This document shows positions 1-6,940 of a stretch of 35,625 bases of DNA, piece by piece. The first letter of the stretch is position 1, and every line of letters begins with the position of its first letter. Source of the stretch: a virus; the IMG/VR virus record IMGVR_UViG_3300002168_000001, positions 1-35,625 of that record; one strand, given 5' to 3'. The translations under genes and the position numbers were made by a program. The notes below the pieces were generated by a model. That model made no database searches and was not told where the DNA came from. It was given only the letters and a program-made list of their open reading frames with translations.

Positions 1-97
1 GGGGTGGTAATTATTTCCCATTAAAACCAACGCAATGCTTTTATATTTGGGATAAAAAACAACCGCACGACTTTAGCCTTGCAATGTGTGAAATGGC
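1..97. repeat. Terminal overlap copy A, identical to 35529..35625 (circular assembly or terminal redundancy signature)
   Basis: Base-by-base comparison shows 97/97 identity with the window end. Confidence 0.95.
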
Positions 98-401
98 TTG
101 GACATCGTTTTCAAAACCTGCTAAAATATGGAGTTTGAGCGTACTAAAAGAAAAGAACAAAATACACCCAACTCAAAAACCTGTTGAAATTTACGATTGG
201 ATTTTGAAAAACAATGTTGAAAGTGGAATGAAAATAATAGATACACATTTAGGCAGCGGAAGTATTGCAATCGCAGTTGAAAAAGCAAACCGATTAGATA
301 AAATGAACCTGCAATTTGTCGGTATTGAAATCGACAAAGAATATTTTCTTGCTTCAGTAGAAAGATTTAATAACTACAAACGACAATTAACAATATTTTA
401 A
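1..401 (+). CDS. DNA methyltransferase, beta-class N6A/N4C type. This is the C-terminal part of a gene split by linearisation; the N-terminal part is 35279..35625.
   Basis: The reading frame continues across the 97-bp overlap. Motifs IHPTQKPVEIYDW and DTHLGSGS (AdoMet-binding FxGxG-like) are present. It is a paralog of 4347..5030 and has the same C-terminal ending QL(T/R)(I/L)F. Confidence 0.85.
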   Translation, partial: GGNYFPLKPTQCFYIWDKKQPHDFSLAMCEMAWTSFSKPAKIWSLSVLKEKNKIHPTQKPVEIYDWILKNNVESGMKIIDTHLGSGSIAIAVEKANRLDKMNLQFVGIEIDKEYFLASVERFNNYKRQLTIF

Positions 402-446
402 TGCAAACAAAAACATGACGTAAAACATATAAAAACATGCAATCAT

Positions 447-483
447 ATAGCGTATATTTTAACCGATATGCGCTATTGTTTTG
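447..483 (+). terminator. Candidate hairpin terminator or operator downstream of the methyltransferase gene
   Basis: The arm atagcgtatat (447..457) pairs with atatgcgctat (466..476), giving 11 bp with one G-U pair and an 8-nt loop. It is followed by tgttttg. Confidence 0.35.
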
Positions 484-491
484 TACATTTG
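484..491 (+). promoter_or_regulatory. Candidate Bacteroidota -7 promoter element (TAcaTTTG) upstream of 527..1732
   Basis: tacatttg matches TAnnTTTG. No clear -33 TTG was found. Confidence 0.3.
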
Positions 492-526
492 CTTAAATCA
501 AATTAATAACTAAAAAAAATAAAATT

Positions 527-1732
527 ATGACAAACGAAATTGTAAAACTTGAAGCTCCTGAATTACAGGGATTAGAAAAAAGCAAAGCAGAACAAATCAA
601 AGCCACATTTGAACCAATGGCTAAAATGTTATCAGAGTTTGAAGATGCCTATAATGTCGTCGTTTCGGAAGCTGAAAAGGAAATTACATTCGATGTAACT
701 GCAAAAGCTAAGAGATTGAGAATTGATATAGGTAAAGTTAGAATTGAAACTGAAAAAGCCAGAAAAGAACAAAAAGAGGAATATTTACGTGCAGGAAAAG
801 CAATCGATGGAGTTAGTAATATTCTTAAATGGGCGGTTACAGACAAAGAAAACAAGCTAAAAGAAATTGAAAATTATTTTGAAATTCAGGAACAAAAAAG
901 GCTTGAAGCACTGCAATTAGAACGTGCTGAAAAACTTGCTCCTTATGTTGAAGATGCTCACGAAAGAGATTTAGCAAAGTTTGCCGATGATGAATTTGAA
1001 GCTTTACTTGCTATGAAAAAGAAAGAGCATGAAGATAAGATTGCAGCCGAAAAGAAAGCCGAAGAAGAACGTATTGCAAAAGAAAAAGCAGAAGCCGAAG
1101 AAAGAAAACGCATTGCAGCCGAAAACGAAAAACTGAAAAAAGAAGCAGAAGAACGTGAGCGATTAGCAAAGATTGAAGCTGAAAAAAGAGAAAAGGCAGA
1201 ACAAGAGCGTAAAGCTAAAGAAGAAGCCGAACGCAAAATAAGAGAGGAAAAAGAAAGAAAAGAACGTGCCGAATATGAAGCTAAAATAAAAGCTGAACGG
1301 GAAGCAAAAGAAAAAGCGTTAAAATTAGAACGTGAAAAGGCAGAAGCTGAGCGTAAAGCCATTGAAGAAAAAGCAAGAAAAGAACGTGAAGAGGTTGAAA
1401 GAATTGCAGCGATTGAGCGCAAAAAACAAGCAGAAATACAAGCAAAAAAAGATGCTGAATTAAAAGCAATTCAAGAGGCTAAAGAAAAACTTGAGCGTGA
1501 AAAACAAGCAGAAATAGACAGATTGAAAGCTATTGAATTGCAAAAACAAAAAGATGCTGAAAAACTTGCAAAAAGTTCAGACAAAAACAAGCTAAATGTT
1601 TGGGTTGACTCTTTTGTTATATCTCAAGAATGTAATGTTGTTTCAGATAAATCAATCGAAACAAAAAATGAAATTATTGAAAAGTTTAATTCTTTCAAAA
1701 ATTGGGCAAAAAAACAAGTTGAAAATATTTAA
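527..1732 (+). CDS. Lys/Glu-rich protein with a very long charged helix (about 180 aa) between N- and C-terminal globular parts. Function unknown; it sits in the recombination module.
   Basis: 401-aa ORF with an ATG start. The central EKKAEEERIAKEKAEAEERKR... segment is almost entirely E/K/R/A. The gene lies immediately upstream of the annealase gene. Confidence 0.7.
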   Translation: MTNEIVKLEAPELQGLEKSKAEQIKATFEPMAKMLSEFEDAYNVVVSEAEKEITFDVTAKAKRLRIDIGKVRIETEKARKEQKEEYLRAGKAIDGVSNILKWAVTDKENKLKEIENYFEIQEQKRLEALQLERAEKLAPYVEDAHERDLAKFADDEFEALLAMKKKEHEDKIAAEKKAEEERIAKEKAEAEERKRIAAENEKLKKEAEERERLAKIEAEKREKAEQERKAKEEAERKIREEKERKERAEYEAKIKAEREAKEKALKLEREKAEAERKAIEEKARKEREEVERIAAIERKKQAEIQAKKDAELKAIQEAKEKLEREKQAEIDRLKAIELQKQKDAEKLAKSSDKNKLNVWVDSFVISQECNVVSDKSIETKNEIIEKFNSFKNWAKKQVENI

Positions 1733-1740
1733 AATAAAAT

Positions 1741-2481
1741 ATGGAAATTAGAACTTTAAGAGCGGACGAAATAGAATGCCGCGTGCAACAAGTAAAAAAA
1801 ACAGGATGTGTATTACTAATATACAAAGATGCGCGTGTAGATATGCGAATCCTTGATGAGGTGTACGGTGCTGAAAATTGGCAAAGAACACACGAGGTTA
1901 TAAACGGAAATCTATTTTGCAATGTAGAAATATGGTGCAGCGAGAAAAAACAATGGGTAAAAAAACAGGACGTAGGTACTGAAAGTAATACAGAAAAACA
2001 AAAAGGCGAAGCATCAGACAGCTTTAAGCGTGCGTGTTTTAATGTTGGAATCGGTCGTGAGCTTTATTCTGCACCTTTTACATGGATTAATCTTGCAGAA
2101 AATGAAATAACTGTTTATAAAGATAAAAACGGAAAAGATGCTTATAGATTAAATTTCGGCATATCATTTTCGGTAAAAGAAATCGAGTACGACGAAAACA
2201 GAAACATATCAAAATTGACTATTATAGACAATAAAAAAGTAGAGCGGTTTAAGTTCAATAAAAATGCTTTGCAGGATATGAAAAAAGCGAAAGCAGGACT
2301 AATACCAAACAATAGTAACGACAAAGAAATTGAACTCGCAAAAAAAGCACTTGAAGCTTGTCAGTCTCTTGCTAATTTAGAAAAAATATATTTAGGATTA
2401 GAGCCACATTTGAAAATCGCTCTTAAACAGTTCACTAAAAATTTAAAAACTAAACTTGAAACTAAACAAAATGGAGTTTAA
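1741..2481 (+). CDS. Rad52/Sak-family single-strand annealing protein
   Basis: The N-terminal pattern ADEIECRVQQ...YKDARVDMRILDEVYGAENWQ and the motif ASDSFKRACFNVGIGRELY are typical of Rad52-type phage annealases. An exonuclease gene follows. Confidence 0.75.
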   Translation: MEIRTLRADEIECRVQQVKKTGCVLLIYKDARVDMRILDEVYGAENWQRTHEVINGNLFCNVEIWCSEKKQWVKKQDVGTESNTEKQKGEASDSFKRACFNVGIGRELYSAPFTWINLAENEITVYKDKNGKDAYRLNFGISFSVKEIEYDENRNISKLTIIDNKKVERFKFNKNALQDMKKAKAGLIPNNSNDKEIELAKKALEACQSLANLEKIYLGLEPHLKIALKQFTKNLKTKLETKQNGV

Positions 2482-3130
2482 AATAAGATGCAGCGCAATC
2501 GGTCAAATAATGACCAATGCGCGAACTAAAGGACAGCTAAGTAAAACAACACAATCTTATTGCGAATCGTGGCTAAAAGAAAAGATTTACGGTAAGAGAA
2601 AAGAATTTACAAGTAAATATACCGACAAAGGTATTTTAGAAGAGGATGCAAACATAGAATTTGCAAACAAAATGCTTGGAATTACTTCGATAAAAAATGA
2701 AGAGTATTTTGAGAATGATTTTCTAACAGGAACGCCCGATATTATTCTTGAAAATGAAATTATCGACATTAAAAGCTCGTGGGATTGCTTTACTTTTCCT
2801 ATCTTTGATACAGAAATCAATAAAGATTATTTTTATCAATTACAAGGGTACATGGAGCTGACAGGGAAGCGAAAAGCAAGACTCGTGTATGTGCTTGGGG
2901 ATACGCCCGTTTCTATCCTACACAGCGAGGCAAACAAACTCAAATACTCTCTTGGATATGATTTTGAAGAAGCATTAGAAATAGTAAAAAAGAAACACGA
3001 TTACAGCCACGTTTTAGACGATTTAAGGATAAAAGTTTTTGAGGTGGTATATGATGCCGAAATTATAGAAAAAATCAAACAGAGGGTAAAAGAATGCGAA
3101 ATTTACACTAATAACTTAATAACATTATGA
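2471..3130 (+). CDS. YqaJ/lambda-Exo-like PD-(D/E)XK recombination exonuclease
   Basis: The motif GTPDIILENEIIDIKSSWD fits PD...E.K. The N-terminus has CSAIGQIM. The ATG at 2471 is preferred over the TTG at 2456. Confidence 0.7.
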   Translation: MEFKIRCSAIGQIMTNARTKGQLSKTTQSYCESWLKEKIYGKRKEFTSKYTDKGILEEDANIEFANKMLGITSIKNEEYFENDFLTGTPDIILENEIIDIKSSWDCFTFPIFDTEINKDYFYQLQGYMELTGKRKARLVYVLGDTPVSILHSEANKLKYSLGYDFEEALEIVKKKHDYSHVLDDLRIKVFEVVYDAEIIEKIKQRVKECEIYTNNLITL

Positions 3131-3618
3131 AAACAATAAAAGCACCAAAAGGTTACAAGTTCGGAAATACCGAACAACTAGAGGGGTTATTGGTCGCTCA
3201 AATAGTTCCTGACATACCCTCAAACAAGTGGGTAAGGTTCGGCGCAAATCTTGACCGTATCGGATTCTACAAAGAAAACTATCAATTTCATTTTATATTC
3301 ATTGCTGGCGGCGTTGGTAGAGGTGGAGAATTAAAACCAAACGAGCCGATTAAATGCCTTACTCTCAAAGAGCAAGAACAAGCAGAACAATGTTTGAGAG
3401 ATATGGGATATATCAAGCGAGGGAATGTGTTAAAAAAAAGATACAGAGCAGAACGAGGACAAAAATACTATACAATTATGTTCAATCGTAACGAGGTTGT
3501 GGAACAAATTGAAACGAGAAACGATTACGATACTAATTTATTTAAATCAGGAAATTACTTTGAAACACGAGAAATTGCAGAACATTATTTCAACTATTTT
3601 AAAAATCAAATATTATAA
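3127..3618 (+). CDS. Hypothetical protein
   Basis: 163-aa ORF with an ATGA overlap to the upstream gene. No motif recognised. Confidence 0.6.
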   Translation: MKTIKAPKGYKFGNTEQLEGLLVAQIVPDIPSNKWVRFGANLDRIGFYKENYQFHFIFIAGGVGRGGELKPNEPIKCLTLKEQEQAEQCLRDMGYIKRGNVLKKRYRAERGQKYYTIMFNRNEVVEQIETRNDYDTNLFKSGNYFETREIAEHYFNYFKNQIL

Positions 3619-3621
3619 ATT

Positions 3622-3948
3622 ATGGAAGTAAAAGGAATCACACAGAAAGTGTACCCGAGAGAATCGGGAGTATCTAAAACAGGCAAAGAATGGAGTAAAC
3701 AAGGAATAGTAATTACCGTTCCTGACAAATACCCATACTCATTATACATTACGAATTTTAACGACAGGGCTGGATTTTCAAAAGTAAAAGAAGGCGATAC
3801 CGTTACTATTTCTGCGAATGTATCAAGTCGAGAATTTAACGGAAAATGGTACACGGAAGTAATGGCATGGAAATGCGATGTAGAACAATCCGCACCGCAA
3901 AGCCCAGTAATTGACAATGAGCCAGAGGGGGACGATTTGCCTTTTTAG
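3622..3948 (+). CDS. SSB-like OB-fold ssDNA-binding protein (DUF3127-like) with an acidic C-terminal tip
   Basis: 108 aa. The C-terminus EPEGDDLPF resembles the bacterial SSB tip DDDIPF. The gene sits in the recombination/replication module. Confidence 0.6.
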   Translation: MEVKGITQKVYPRESGVSKTGKEWSKQGIVITVPDKYPYSLYITNFNDRAGFSKVKEGDTVTISANVSSREFNGKWYTEVMAWKCDVEQSAPQSPVIDNEPEGDDLPF

Positions 3949-3997
3949 TAATTGATTAAATATCAAATAGTTATAACAAATAAAAAACAAAAATAAA

Positions 3998-4261
3998 ATG
4001 GGGAAATTTAGAAAAAAACCAGTAGTAATTGAAGCATGGGAATGGGATGAGACCAAAACCACGTTTGAAAAAATAGGGTGTAAATGTATGAGTTGTAGCG
4101 GACACTCTAAACGCCCTGATGAAATGACAAGCCTAAGGATAGAGACACCTGAGGGAACAATGAGTGTGAATAAAGGCGATTATATTATTAAGGGTGTAAA
4201 AGGTGAATTTTATCCATGCAAACCCGATATATTTAAAGCAACATACGAAGCCGTCTTATAA
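3998..4261 (+). CDS. Conserved phage protein (PGDYG-like small protein)
   Basis: RKKPVVIEAWEW at the N-terminus and KGDYIIKG..GEFYPCKPDIFKATYE at the C-terminus resemble a widespread small phage protein family. Confidence 0.55.
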   Translation: MGKFRKKPVVIEAWEWDETKTTFEKIGCKCMSCSGHSKRPDEMTSLRIETPEGTMSVNKGDYIIKGVKGEFYPCKPDIFKATYEAVL

Positions 4262-4279
4262 TTGGTGGTAACGGACGAA

Positions 4280-4299
4280 TGTTTGTGCAGTTGGGGATT
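4280..4299. repeat. 20-bp perfect direct repeat (tgtttgtgcagttggggatt), copy 1, upstream of the methyltransferase 4347..5030
   Basis: Identical to 5049..5068. Both copies are preceded by a TAACG motif 5-6 nt upstream. Confidence 0.9.
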
Positions 4300-4346
4300 C
4301 CCGACACTAAAGCCCAATAGTAGTAATAACTTTAAATTAAACACAA

Positions 4347-5030
4347 ATGATTGATAGAAATACAGAAACACCAATGACGCAAAACCCTTGTTATGTGCAG
4401 CCCTTTTCGGAAGTTTTCAATGAGGACTGCATACAGGTTATGAAGCGTTATCCTGACAAATTCTTTGACCTTGCAGTAGTTGACCCTCCTTATGGCATTG
4501 GAGCAAACAAAATGCAACTTGGCAATGGTAAACGAAAGATTTACAGAGGAGAAAATGACTGGGATAACTCAATACCTGCTGCTGAATATTGGCAGGAACT
4601 ATTCCGAGTATCTAAAAACCAAATTGTGTGGGGGGGCAATTATATGACCGAACACCTAAAGCCAACTTCGTCTTGGTTATTTTGGGACAAAGGAACTGGT
4701 GATAATGATTTTGCTGATGGAGAATTAGCGTGGACTTCATTTGGTGGTGCATTGCGAAAAATAACAAAGAGTTGGGTGGGAGCAAACGCAAAAGACGGAC
4801 TTGAACGAATACACCCCACGCAAAAGCCGATTTATTTATATGATTGGATTTTTGACAGATACTGCAAAGAAGGGGATTGGGTTTTAGATACTCATTTGGG
4901 GAGTGCCAGCAGTAGGATTTCAGCGAATAAAGCCAAGTTGCGTTTTGTTGGTTGTGAAATTGACACTAAATACTTTAAAGATGGAGAAACAAGGTTCAAA
5001 GAATTTGTCTCACAGTTGCGGCTCTTTTAG
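4347..5030 (+). CDS. DNA methyltransferase, beta-class N6A/N4C type (second paralog)
   Basis: The motifs VVDPPYGIG (motif IV), IHPTQKPIYLYDW and DTHLGSAS (motif I) appear in beta-class order. Confidence 0.85.
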   Translation: MIDRNTETPMTQNPCYVQPFSEVFNEDCIQVMKRYPDKFFDLAVVDPPYGIGANKMQLGNGKRKIYRGENDWDNSIPAAEYWQELFRVSKNQIVWGGNYMTEHLKPTSSWLFWDKGTGDNDFADGELAWTSFGGALRKITKSWVGANAKDGLERIHPTQKPIYLYDWIFDRYCKEGDWVLDTHLGSASSRISANKAKLRFVGCEIDTKYFKDGETRFKEFVSQLRLF

Positions 5031-5048
5031 GTTGCACATAACGTTGAG

Positions 5049-5068
5049 TGTTTGTGCAGTTGGGGATT
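5049..5068. repeat. 20-bp perfect direct repeat, copy 2, downstream of the methyltransferase 4347..5030
   Basis: Identical to 4280..4299. Confidence 0.9.
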
Positions 5069-5119
5069 AGAAACCACTGCACTATCGAAATAGTATTAAC
5101 TTAATAAATTGAGATATAG

Positions 5120-5419
5120 ATGAAATTGCATAAACATAGTGTTATAGGAAGTTTTCTTTCTGACACCATTTATATTATTCACCCTTTCAATAATCACATA
5201 CGATTTAAGAAAGTTTGGCCAAATATTCCAAATAGCCGACCAATCGTTGAATTTTTGAAAGGCAATGATAAAGACCCCGATGGAGATTTTATATTAGCTT
5301 TTACAGCTGATTGCGAAATTAGGAACGACAATCTATTAGTTAAACGTTCCAATTTCGGACAAATATGGGAAACTTCAATTCCGCTATCGAGTATTGAGGC
5401 GGATTTAAATTTCCTATAA
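5120..5419 (+). CDS. Hypothetical protein
   Basis: 99-aa ORF with an ATG start. No motif recognised. Confidence 0.55.
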   Translation: MKLHKHSVIGSFLSDTIYIIHPFNNHIRFKKVWPNIPNSRPIVEFLKGNDKDPDGDFILAFTADCEIRNDNLLVKRSNFGQIWETSIPLSSIEADLNFL

Positions 5420-5432
5420 CGTTTTGTGGCTA
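5414..5432. repeat. Intergenic repeat ctataacgttttgtGgcta containing the AACGTT palindrome (copy 1)
   Basis: 18/19 identical to 9567..9585. Confidence 0.8.
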
Positions 5433-5433
5433 T

Positions 5434-5694
5434 ATGCAGTACGAATTATTAACACAAAAACTCAATAAAATGGACAAAGAAAAAATATTATTAGATGCAC
5501 TCAATACATTTGGAAATTTCACAAGTGTTGAGCAGGAATTTAACCAGAATCAGCTTGAAGTTATTTACGAAGCAATGAACTATGTAGCCAATGTTGTGGG
5601 GCAAGGCGAACAGTTTTGTGATTGCGGTAAACCGATTGATAGCAGATATGCTCCATGTTGTAGCTTGGAATGTTGGGATAAGAAATTTCTCTAA
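5434..5694 (+). CDS. Hypothetical protein with a C-terminal Cys cluster (possible zinc-binding)
   Basis: 86-aa ORF. The C-terminal region reads CDCGKPIDSRYAPCCSLEC. Confidence 0.55.
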   Translation: MQYELLTQKLNKMDKEKILLDALNTFGNFTSVEQEFNQNQLEVIYEAMNYVANVVGQGEQFCDCGKPIDSRYAPCCSLECWDKKFL

Positions 5695-5716
5695 GCAAAA
5701 TTGCCCACAACTAACT

Positions 5717-5739
5717 TATATGTATAACAAAATAGTCCA
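5717..5739. repeat. Intergenic repeat tatatgtataacaaaatagTcca (copy 1)
   Basis: 22/23 identical to 12007..12029. The flanking bases are also similar (5708.. versus 11998..). Confidence 0.85.
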
Positions 5740-5762
5740 AACAAAAACTTAAACAATTAATT

Positions 5763-5873
5763 ATGATAACAACGGCATTAATATTCGGAGCGATGTTTGC
5801 GATAGTAGCATTCCTCTCTCGAATTCTCGCAAAATGGGCAATTCGTAAATTAGAAGAAAAAAAATTATTGTAA
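5763..5873 (+). CDS. Small single-pass membrane protein (36 aa)
   Basis: The sequence is MITTALIFGAMFAIVAFLSRILAKWAIRKLEEKKLL, a hydrophobic helix followed by a basic tail. It is not in the ORF track because it is under 60 aa. Confidence 0.4.
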   Translation: MITTALIFGAMFAIVAFLSRILAKWAIRKLEEKKLL

Positions 5874-5992
5874 ATTTGCTTTTTATAAATTAATTATTGT
5901 ATATTAGCAAAAATTTAAGTTATTAAGGTTATTGATTAATGCGGTGTTGTTTCATAGTCGGCACCGTATTTTTCACAAAAAAATTTTACAAC

Positions 5993-6145
5993 ATGAAAAA
6001 AAAGATAATTAGAAAGGATTTAATGAGTAAATCAGAATACTCAAAACAATACGGAATAAGTCGTCCGACAGTAGATAAAAAAATCGAAAACGGCGAACTT
6101 GTAGTTGAGGTAATTTCTGGAGTTGAATATGTTAAAATAGCGTAA
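5993..6145 (+). CDS. Small helix-turn-helix DNA-binding protein (excisionase/MerR-like HTH)
   Basis: The segment SKSEYSKQYGISRPTVDKKIENGEL is HTH-like. The ATG at 5993 (MKKKII) is preferred over 5939, whose extension is Cys/Phe-rich and implausible. Confidence 0.6.
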   Translation: MKKKIIRKDLMSKSEYSKQYGISRPTVDKKIENGELVVEVISGVEYVKIA

Positions 6146-6190
6146 TAGCACATTTTTTTGTGCAATAAATTTTTACAAATTGTTAAAAAT

Positions 6191-6940
6191 ATGAAAGAAA
6201 CATTTTATTTCTCACATGATTACAATGCGAGGTCTGACGAAAAAATAAAAAGACTATTAGTAAAACATGGATTTCTTGGGTATGGTGTGTATTGGGCTAT
6301 TATAGAAGACTTATATCAGAATGCGAACGCAATGCGAACGGATTACGAATGTATTGCGTATGAATTGCGAGTGAATGAAGACTGCATAAAAAGTATAATA
6401 AATGACTTTGATTTATTTGAAATAGAAGGTAATGTTTTTGGTAGTTTAAGCGTTCAAAGACGATTGGACGAAAGAGACAAAAAAAGCAAAAAGGCAAGAG
6501 AATCAGCACTTTACCGTTGGAATAAAAACAAAGAAAATGCGAACGCAATGCGAACGCAATGCGATCGCAATGCTATAAAGGAAAGTAAAGTAAAGGAAAG
6601 TAAAAGAAAAGAAAGTATAAAAAAAGACACTTTCACGCCCCCTCAAATTTCAGAAGTTATAGAATATTTTACCGAAAAAGGATATTCAAAACAAGCCGCA
6701 GAAAAAATGTTTGAATATTACAGCGTGGCAGATTGGAAAGATAGCAGAGGTAATAAGATTCGTAATTGGAAGCAGAAAGCGAATGCGGTTTGGTTTAAGG
6801 ATGAGAATAAAACAAAATCAAACGCAATAGACTATTCGGACAAAACAAAATGGGCGAAACAATCAAACGGATATTACGTTTCTGTAGATACATTCGACCC
6901 TATCACGAAACAAGCGTATTTAGAAAGGATTGCAAAATGA
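6191..6940 (+). CDS. Replication organiser/initiator-like protein (DUF4373, Lin1244/Lin1753-like N-terminal domain)
   Basis: The N-terminus is FYFSHDYNARSDEKIKRLLVKHGFLGYGVYWAIIEDLY. It lies directly upstream of the primase-helicase with an overlapping ATGA. It contains iterons. The ATG at 6191 is preferred over the TTG at 6158. Confidence 0.65.
   Translation: MKETFYFSHDYNARSDEKIKRLLVKHGFLGYGVYWAIIEDLYQNANAMRTDYECIAYELRVNEDCIKSIINDFDLFEIEGNVFGSLSVQRRLDERDKKSKKARESALYRWNKNKENANAMRTQCDRNAIKESKVKESKRKESIKKDTFTPPQISEVIEYFTEKGYSKQAAEKMFEYYSVADWKDSRGNKIRNWKQKANAVWFKDENKTKSNAIDYSDKTKWAKQSNGYYVSVDTFDPITKQAYLERIAK
6320..6340. repeat. Iteron block 1: two 11-bp units (aatgcgaacgc aatgcgaacg)
   Basis: Tandem 11-bp units are seen directly. 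Inverted half-sites attgcg follow at 6353..6358 and 6365..6370. Confidence 0.8.
6536..6573. repeat. Iteron block 2: about 3.5 tandem 11-bp units (aatgcgaacgc aatgcgaacgc aatgcgatcgc aatgc)
   Basis: Seen directly. It is followed by a purine-rich 3 x 15-bp imperfect tandem repeat at 6578..6622. Confidence 0.85.

Noticed and set aside
649-1469. Minus-strand ORFs 649..855, 958..1422 and 1281..1469, overlapping the Lys/Glu-rich gene
   Set aside because: Their products are Ser/Phe/Leu/Ala low-complexity strings. These arise automatically on the antisense strand of GAA/AAG/GCN-rich coding DNA. They have no promoter or start context, and every well-supported gene is on the + strand.
3606-4062. Minus-strand ORFs 3606..3917 and 3823..4062, opposite the SSB-like gene
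   Set aside because: They are antisense to a gene with a clear functional signature (OB-like body and a DDLPF tail). No start context is present.
5871-5968. An imperfect inverted repeat (taaatttgct ... agcaaaaattta) and a 5-bp-stem hairpin (cggtg...caccg) upstream of the small HTH gene, considered as operator and terminator
   Set aside because: The arms differ by a 2-nt indel and lie in very AT-rich sequence. The hairpin stem is only 5 bp with a 15-nt loop. This is too weak to call without data.
6850-6936. An upstream start at 6850 for the primase-helicase, giving an 87-nt overlap with the organiser gene
   Set aside because: The extension (MGETIKRILRFCRYIRPYHETSVFRKDCK) overlaps the preceding gene. 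The ATG at 6937 forms a typical ATGA stop/start junction and immediately precedes the zinc-finger domain.
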